Origin: Azolla caroliniana
Taxonomy: Eukaryota > Plantae > Polypodiophyta
NCBI GenBank assembly: GCA_043228905.1
Contig: JBHGNT010000345.1
Coordinates: forward strand, 1-32,802
DNA: 32,802 nucleotides
Direction of reading: 5' to 3'
Of the stretch, positions 25,887-32,802 are shown piece by piece (the first letter of the stretch is position 1; each line of letters opens with the position of its first letter). The notes under the pieces were generated by a model, which saw only the letters and a list, made by a program, of their open reading frames with translations, was not told where the DNA came from and searched no databases. The position numbers were made by a program, and so were the translations under genes.

Positions 25887-26186
25887 AGGCCGACACAAAA
25901 CCAAACACCAGTAAGTCGGAAGAGACGGCAACACGTTTAGCAAACGGCAAGTGCGAAGCCGGTAAGAGGGAGCACGAGCCGGCAAACGGCAAGAACGACG
26001 CAACGGCAAGCAGTCCATCGGTCGGTAAGTCCCACAATTCGGATAGGGGTCCGGTGGGACCGGATGCGAATTAACCAAACAGTTTTATCAAAAAAACAAA
26101 TCAAATCAAAGTAAAGCATGCAAGGGCGAGGTGTGAACGGACACATGCAAGAACAAGGAGTGAATAGGTACTTTGAAAAAGTACGT

Positions 26187-26838
26187 TGTCGTGGTATTCC
26201 TCGCGGATGCGTGGAATGAGGCGGGACCTCGGGGGTCCTGTACCAAAGAGTAAGAGAGAAAGAGAAGAGACCCACTACGTGCGAGCGTAGATTCACAGGG
26301 ACACGGCCCTTCGACGCAAAGACGCGAATGGGACAGCGACACAGAAAGACACGAAAGTATGTATGTATTGACAAGACAAACAACAAGAACACGAGGACAA
26401 CAAACACGAAGTCGGTTACAACCGAACAGGCCGGCGAACAGATGCCGATACCTGCTCGTAAACGCACAGAGGGGAAAGAGTAGGTTGGAGGTTCTGCCGG
26501 AAGCACTCGGGCATTCCTCAGAGCAGCGCGAGCCTCCCGAAACCTGCACAGAAGGAAGCTATAGCGTTTGCAACCAGAAAGAGAGAGAGAGAGAGAGAGA
26601 GAGAAGCCTTCGCACGCAACCCGACAGCACTTCGTCCTCGACTCTCCGCGATCCTCTCCTCTTTCACGACTCCCTCCTTTTTATAGGCAGGGAAGGAGTC
26701 GTTTTCCCCTTTACTTCCTACCTACCGAATCTGCCCGCCTAGGATCTCCTATGTACAACATAAGGCACACATGCATGAAGAGCCGGTTCCTACGCTCTGG
26801 TGCACCGATTCCGCTTGTGGACGGTTTTCTTCACGACA
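26187..26838 (-). repeat. 3' LTR of Gypsy-B (652 bp)
   Basis: TGTCGTG...CACGACA ends, follows the PPT, and is a reverse-complement homolog of 31297-31961. Confidence 0.92.
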
Positions 26839-26911
26839 TCCACCCCCACCTAACCGCGCATCCACCGGCATGTGCCAAATCGAGTTGGGACGGAGAAAAC
26901 CGGTCCAGCCT

Positions 26912-29900
26912 TTATTCCCCACTCGTCGGTTCTTCTTCGGTTTCGGATCGTTCGTCGTCCCGGTCCAGGTTAACCAGATCCGGCTCGTTGTCGTGACGCT
27001 TCTTGAACGCTTTGACCCGCTTCCCTGCTACCGGTATCGCCATTCGCGTACCGTCGAGCTCCGCCAGATGGTACGTCCCATTGTCGTTGGCGCTTTGTAC
27101 CACGTAAGGCCCGAACCACCTTCTTGCGAATTTCCGTGTCGCTCGGTGCTGGTTATCGAGGCCGTTGTCGTAGACTAGCACCCAGTCGCCTTCCTCGATC
27201 TTCTTCGGTCGGAGCCGGTACGTCCGGTCGAACCGGGCTTTGTTCCTCGTCCTGGCCACCCGAAGCTTTTCCGCAGCCTGCTCCACGACCTCCGGTCTCC
27301 GCTCGAGCTGTCGTATGCGCGCCGTCAGCAGTTCCTCCCGGCTCATCTCGTCTCTCCAGTCCACGGTTGCCCATGAGGAGACCGTACGTTCGATCGGCAT
27401 GATCGGCTTCTGCCCAAACATGAGCTCTGCCGGCATGAATCCGGTTACCGAACTGTGCGTAGTCCGGTCAGCCCACAACGCGTAAGGCAGTAGCCGCGGC
27501 CAGTTCCCGACATGACCTCCGCATGCCCGAACTAACGCCTTGATGATCGGTCCGTGTCCGCGCTCCACCTTCCCATTTGCCTCTGGATTGTACGCAGTGC
27601 TAAGCGAGAGCTTGACCGCTAACCGGTCGAACAGCTCCTCGGCCTCCTCGGCGTCCAACTCCCCGCGATCAGCCACGATCTTCCCGACGCACCCGTACCG
27701 GCATATTACGTCCTCGAGCAGGAACCGACATACGGCCGCAGTCGTTTTGTTCTGAAGGGCCCGGCCTTCCACTTGGTTCGTTAGATCTTCCCGAGCCAGG
27801 ACCAGATACCGCATCTGTCCTGCTCCTATCGGCATCGTTACCAGGTCTACCATCCATTTGAAGTGGATGGTCGGAGGGTACGTAGGGTGAAGTTCGTCCC
27901 GGTGTCGGACTATGGAGTGCATCTGACAGCTCTCGCAAGTTGTCACGAATCGATGCACGTCCCGGTACAGTCCCGGCCACCAGTACTTCCCCTTTATCTT
28001 CTCGAACGTGGCCCAGGTTCCACGGTGTCCGGCCCAAGGGCTGTCGTGGTAGGCCGTCAGCAGCTCCTCCTGTTCTTCCTTCCTCGCCACCACCCGGAGC
28101 GGAGCGCCGTCCCTCTTTTTCGGGTGCTTCCATAAGTATCCATCCCGGAGAAAGAATCGGTAAGCTTTCTTCCGAATCCGGTTGGCCTCGTCCTTCGTCC
28201 ATGACGCATCCGGCGTCATTGTCCTCAAGAATCCACCGATCTGGAGCCACTCGCCGTCGTACTTGCTCTCGTCGAAGTCGTTAAGTGCCGGAGTGCTCAT
28301 CCCACGGTTGTCACGTACGCCGCCTCGAAGAAGTCCACGCCGACTTCTTCGTCCTCCGAAACCATGCCGCCATCGTCATCAAACCTCGCCCTCGAAAGCA
28401 TGTCGGCCATGGCGTTGTCCTTTCCGGAAATGTGTCGTATCTCCGGGTCCAGGGACTTGATGTACGCTATCCACCTGAGCATCGCCAAGTCCGGTGTCGC
28501 GCATCCGGAAACCATGCCAAGAATCGGCAGGCAATCCGTCTCGATAATCACTTCTGTCCCGATCAGGTAGTCTTTCTCCGCCATTACCGCCGAAACGATA
28601 CCCCAGAGCTCGCGTTTAACCTGGGCGTACCCTCGTTGTCGCTCACTGAGGACCTTAGCGCCGAATCGGATCGGGAACCGGGTCCCGTCCTCGTCTTTTT
28701 GGTTGACGACCCATCCGATCCCGGTCGGGCTCGTATCCACCGTTATGTATACCGGGGTACCCTTCTCGTAGACAGCCTTCCGGAGCGCCGGTGCTGCCGT
28801 AAGAGCCTCCTTCAGCTTCCGGACCGACCCCGTGTGCTCGTCTCGCCACTCGAATCTTTGCCCCTTCTTCAGCAACTCGTATAGTGGCTCCGCAACGTGG
28901 GCGTAATGCGGGATCCATATGTGGTAGAACGCGCATGCCCCCAGGAACCTCCGAACTTCCGTAACCGAGCTACAGTCGGTCTTCATCGCGGAGATGGCTT
29001 CTACCTTTGCCGGAGACGGCTTCCGGCCATATGGTCCACAAAGATGCCCGACCACCAGGATTTCCGATTTCCCGAAGGCCGATTTCTCCCCGGAGAAGGT
29101 GAGCCTCGCATCCTCTAGCCTTTGTAGCACCTTCTCGCAGTCGTCGATGTGTGTTGCTACGAATCGCCGGCATCCGTCCGGCCCGAGTGCCTCATCCTTC
29201 TCCTCCACCGGGAACCCCTTGATGGGGATGTCGTCTAGAAACGGCATGGTGATGTCCGGGATGCAATCCCTCAGTACTTTGTTCATTGCATTCACCATGT
29301 GGGCCACCGAGTTGGTCCCTCCTTGTGGCAGGGTACACATTCGCACTAGGCCGAGGGGAGTTCGCATCGTCGTAATGTCTCTGCTCTCCCCGGCTAGCTG
29401 GAACTGGTCGTACCCTGAGTACAGATCACCGACCGAGTAAATCGACCTTCCGGCGAAGGCCTCCGCGAACTCGTCTATGGTCGGTCCGATTCCTGCGTTC
29501 CGGATGGTCACTCTGTTGACCGGCTACAGGTCCTGAATGAAGCGCAATGTTCCGTTTTTCTTTGGTACGGTGAACCATCGGTTCGAGTATGGCGCGCTCG
29601 ACGGTTCGAGAATACCCATATCGACTTTCTGCCTCAATAGCTCCATCAACTTCGGGATGTGAGCTCTCGGTACTGGAATCGGCTTGAGATTCCACGGTAC
29701 ATGTGGTACCGTGAATATCACCATCGGCTCCACGATCGTCGGGTCTACGCACCCGATCTCTTCCGGTGAGAATGCAAAGGCTTTCCCGTGCCTTCCGAGC
29801 ATTCTCTGAAACCGGTCTTCCTCCGCCGGTAGTAGGAACCCGCCCCCACCGATTTTGAGCTCCCGGAGCGTTCCGTCGGTGAAGGTGTGTCCTATGCAGG

Positions 29901-30384
29901 CCAGATCTCGTAAACTGGGGTCCGACGCCACCCCTCTGATTCGGGACTCGCTGCCCTTCGGCAAGGGTGCTGCGACTGGCCTTACCTTCCGGTCCATAGT
30001 CTTGTACCTCGTGCTAACTCGGGCCATCCGATCCGACCCGAGCCCCCGACTGAAGTTCGCGATGACTTCGTACATCTCTTCGGAATATACCGGTATCGTC
30101 CGGTCTTCGTTAAGGTCTTCTCCGGCTACCTTCCTTAGCATTCCCAAGGTGTCATCGAAGGAGACCGCCTCCACGGCTCCGCTGATTTCCTCATCCGGGC
30201 CGAGAACTCCGCACGCTCGAAGTCGCACTTCCGCCCTTGTCTTTTCTCGGCCGACGGTGCCGACTATCATACACCCTCCATTGTCTGAGAAGCAAAATCC
30301 CCTACCTATCGTATAGTCGTGGGGTCTTTTCCGAGTGTCCGGGCTGTCTCGGCCCCACGCCTTGGCAGCCCTCTCTAAAAATCC
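26912..30384 (-). pseudogene. pol: Gypsy-B RT-RH-IN frame (stop at 29524, frameshift near 28300)
   Basis: Motifs DLYSGYDQF, TPLGLVRMCTLPQGGTNSV, FLDDI, VDTSPTGIG, AQVKRELWG, GHRG...CESC, MVDLV, ADRGE, NGKVERGH and WFGPY. Confidence 0.93.
30318..30384 (-). promoter_or_regulatory. Putative -1 programmed ribosomal frameshift signal (slippery heptamer plus pseudoknot)
   Basis: G GAT TTT at 30384-30378 directly precedes the ORF1 TAG. The -1 frame is open into the pol ORF. Downstream stems are GGGCTG/CAGCCC and CGTGGGG/CCCCACG. Confidence 0.75.
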
Positions 30385-31296
30385 TCCCGGCTCTCGCCAC
30401 CGAGGGATTCGCGGTTTCTCTCGTGGTTCGGCCGCACCGTTAAAAATTGCACCGAATGGCGCCCGTCCTGGCTTTTGACCCTCGCGTAGGCCGAACCGTT
30501 GTCCAGCACCTTGGTCTCCATTCTCGTCGCCGTGATGTATGGTTCCCCTAATATGACCGGATGCGAGGACGTCTCCTGTACGAAGAAGTGCTGGTCAATC
30601 TCGACGTCGCCGATCTTTACTCGCACATTCGGGCAGGCCCCGTGCAGTTCCTCGGTGGCGCGCGTCGCCGCCCGTATCTTCCACCCGTGCCTGGTGTTGA
30701 TCGGCCACTTTCCCTTCTTATAGAAGTCCATGGACATTAGGTTTATTTCCGAACCGTGGTCCACCAACGCCACCACCGGTTCCTGAACATCTCCGATCTT
30801 TACCGGGGTCTCCGTGGTCGCTCGGGCCCAGTGTGGCCTCGAATAGTGGCTCTCCGCCCACTCATCTTCCAGCGCCGAGTCGTCGATGTGCGTCGTCCGC
30901 ACCTCCACCGGTCTTTCCGGTTCCGTCTCCGTCGACAGTCTCTTCCGTTTCACCAAGTCTACAATGGAGTCGTGGAACTCCTTCTTGGCGATCCCTAGCA
31001 CCTCCCGTATCCGTTCTTCTAGGACCTTTCGTAGGTCCGTAGTCCTTTCTATTTCTGTCCCCAGTCGGTACCCGCCCTTCCTGGGGTTATCTTGCGGGCC
31101 GGGCCCACCGGCATCGTTCCGTCGTTGCCCGAATCGGGTCTCGTACCGTTGTGAGGGCCCGGCCGCTCCGGCTTTCCCCACTCGTTTTTCTTCTACCAGA
31201 GCCTCGTAGTTCCGGCAAGCGGCTTCTACGAAGCCCGTCTTCTCCTCGACCGGATCGCTCCACCCGGTTATTTCCCGGACCCGTCTCTCAGCGCGG
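30375..31296 (-). CDS. Gypsy-B gag C-terminus plus aspartic protease (partial ORF1)
   Basis: ALVDHGSEINLM catalytic motif and VILGEPY. The first 23 aa of the ORF-track protein (31364-31297) derive from the inserted LTR. Confidence 0.85.
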
Positions 31297-31838
31297 TGTC
31301 GTGAAGAAAACCGTCCACGAGCGGAATCGGTGCACCGGAGCGTAGAAACCGACTCTTCATGCACGTGCGACTTAAGGAGATCCTAGGTAGATTCGGTAGG
31401 CAGGGAGTAAAGGGGGAACGGCTCCTTCCTTGCCTATAAAAGGAGGGAGACGAGGAGGGTAGAGGAATCGCGGAGAGTCGAGGACGAAGTGCTGTCGGAT
31501 TGGGCGCGAAGGCTTCTCTCTCTCTCTCTCTCTGGTTCGCAGACTCCATAGCTTCCTTCTGTGCAGGTTTCGGGAGGCTCGCGCTGCTCTGAGGAATGCC
31601 TGAGTGCTTCCGGCAGCACCTCTAACCTGTTCCTGTCTTTCTGTGCATTTACGAACAGGCATCGGCATCTGTCCGCCGGCCTGTTCGGTTGTAACCGACT
31701 TCGCGTTTTGTTATCTTCGTGTTCTTGTTGTTTGTCTTGGAAATACATACATACTTTCGTGTCTTTCTGTGTGGCTGTCCCATTCGCGTCTTTGCGTCGA
31801 AGGGCCGTGTCCTTGTGAATCTACGCTCGCACGTAGTG

Positions 31839-31898
<60 letters not shown>

Positions 31899-31961
31899 TC
31901 TTCGGTACAGGACCCCCGAGGTCCCGCCTCACTCCACGCATCCGCGAGGAATACCTCGACA
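31297..31961 (+). repeat. 5' LTR of Gypsy-C (665 bp) with a (CT)n tract at 31841-31895
   Basis: TGTCG...CGACA ends, TATAAAA at ~31435, and homology to 26187-26838. Confidence 0.92.
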
Positions 31962-31965
31962 TATT

Positions 31966-31980
31966 TGGTGAACCCGACGT
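31966..31980 (+). other. Primer binding site, tRNA-Trp
   Basis: TGGTGAACCCGACGT lies 4 nt after the LTR. It is complementary to the 3' end of plant cytosolic tRNA-Trp (...ACGTCGGGTTCACCA) as I recall it. Confidence 0.75.
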
Positions 31981-32047
31981 AAGGAGGCGGCAGAAGAGCA
32001 GGAGATGAGGGGGTCGGATCTTGCAGAGGCCATGGCTTCGGCCGTGA

Positions 32048-32802
32048 CGCGAGGGCACCGGTGCCCTCGACAGAGCCATTGAGGCAGTCGTCGGTGCGAT
32101 CGGCCGTTTCAGCGGAAAGGATGCTACGAAGTATTTGGCGTCCTACAGGGCGGAAATGCTGATGCGGGACATTCCGGAAGAGAGGCGTCTTGCCGGGTTC
32201 CCTCGAGTGGCGATGTCGAGCATCCATGCGGAGGTGCTCGAGGTACAGGCGGAGAGTCGTACCTGGGAGGAGTTCGAAGGCCGACTCCTAGAGAAATATG
32301 GGCTGGACGACACGCTCCGGCTTTCGAAACGGGACTTCATGGAATGGGTGGAGTCCCCTGGCAAAGGAAGAAACGCGTCGGCACTCCTCCGGGAGTTCGA
32401 AGAACGCTTTGCGCGCCTTTCGGCGCTTGACCGAACTATCCTGGATACGAGCCGGGTCCTACTGTTCGTCAAGTCGGTGGACGAGCGGGACCGGGATCAA
32501 GTCGCCTCCTTGCTGGAAACCGAAGACGGGTTGACAACCGACTGGGCTGCGGTTAAGAGAGTCTGTAGCCATTTCGACAAACGGCGAGAATGGGCTGACA
32601 ACGGGGCGGCCGGTGCGGGCTCTGTTACAGCAAGGAGGCTTGAACCGGCGCCACAAGTACGAAGGGAAGAAACCCGGGAATGGCTTGAAACCGCTCCGGC
32701 TTCGACCGGCATGGTCAATGGCTCGTCTGGAGGAGCAGCGCTGGAGGAGTTGACGCAGGCGATAAAGGACCTCCAGATCGCCCAGACTCGAAGGGAAGGC
32801 GG
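32048..32802 (+). CDS. gag: Gypsy-C gag, partial (open to the window end, so absent from the ORF track)
   Basis: Stop-free frame ...IGRFSGKDATKYLASY...TWEEFEGRLLEKY...LLREFEERF... The upstream ATGs (32005, 32032) are in another frame, suggesting an indel near 32050. Confidence 0.75.

Larger units (their letters stand above)
14505..26186 (+). mobile_element. Gypsy-A: Ty3/gypsy element (non-chromovirus-like), interrupted by Copia-3 and Gypsy-B; 3' LTR not in window
   Basis: 5' LTR, PBS-like site, gag, then PR-RT-RH-IN order. It is inserted after CTCCG within Copia-2b; the paralog at 11046-11063 shows the uninterrupted site. Confidence 0.9.
26187..31296 (-). mobile_element. Gypsy-B: Ty3/gypsy element, 3' portion (gag end, PR, RT, RH, IN, PPT, 3' LTR)
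   Basis: Gypsy domain order on the minus strand and a PPT GGTGGGGGTGGA (26850-26839). It is truncated at 31296 by Gypsy-C. Confidence 0.92.
31297..32802 (+). mobile_element. Gypsy-C: 5' end of an element related to Gypsy-B, inserted into it in opposite orientation
   Basis: 5' LTR, PBS and a gag-like frame running off the window. Confidence 0.9.

Noticed and set aside
25887-26186. env-like or extra ORF after the Gypsy-A integrase
   Set aside because: Only ~300 bp are visible before the Gypsy-B insertion, and no supported ORF is present.
28285-28310. Programmed frameshift between RNase H and integrase in Gypsy-B
   Set aside because: No slippery heptamer or stimulator is visible; more likely a private indel.
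26187-31961. 650-bp inverted repeats around an RT gene suggesting a DIRS-like or TIR element
   Set aside because: The interior encodes a DDE integrase. One repeat follows a PPT and the other precedes a PBS and a new gag, and the two are visibly diverged. They are LTRs of two different insertions.

Overview
Eukaryotic, gene-free, transposon-saturated DNA. The element families suggest a land plant, probably a non-seed lineage such as a moss, lycophyte or fern (inference). The window is one nested stack. The oldest layer (10483-14504, minus) is a pair of internally deleted Ty1/copia units in tandem that share one LTR. To its left, a gypsy-type LTR carrying a 15-bp minisatellite (9711-10482) is interrupted by a Tnt1-like copia (5875-9710). 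That copia is in turn interrupted by an intron-containing DDD/E DNA transposon (1-5874) whose 1.8-kb intron holds a 146/123-bp tandem array. To the right, a non-chromovirus-like gypsy (from 14505) carries a complete copia (15992-21154, CGGAT TSD) and a second, fungal-looking gypsy (26187-31296, minus). The latter is interrupted head-to-head by a relative (31297 onward, tRNA-Trp PBS). The best cis-signal is an intact -1 ribosomal frameshift cassette (G GAU UUU UAG, 6-nt spacer, predicted H-type pseudoknot) placed after the protease. Four unrelated elements also have stems that enclose the PPT/U3 junction. No host genes, RNA genes or CRISPR arrays were seen.
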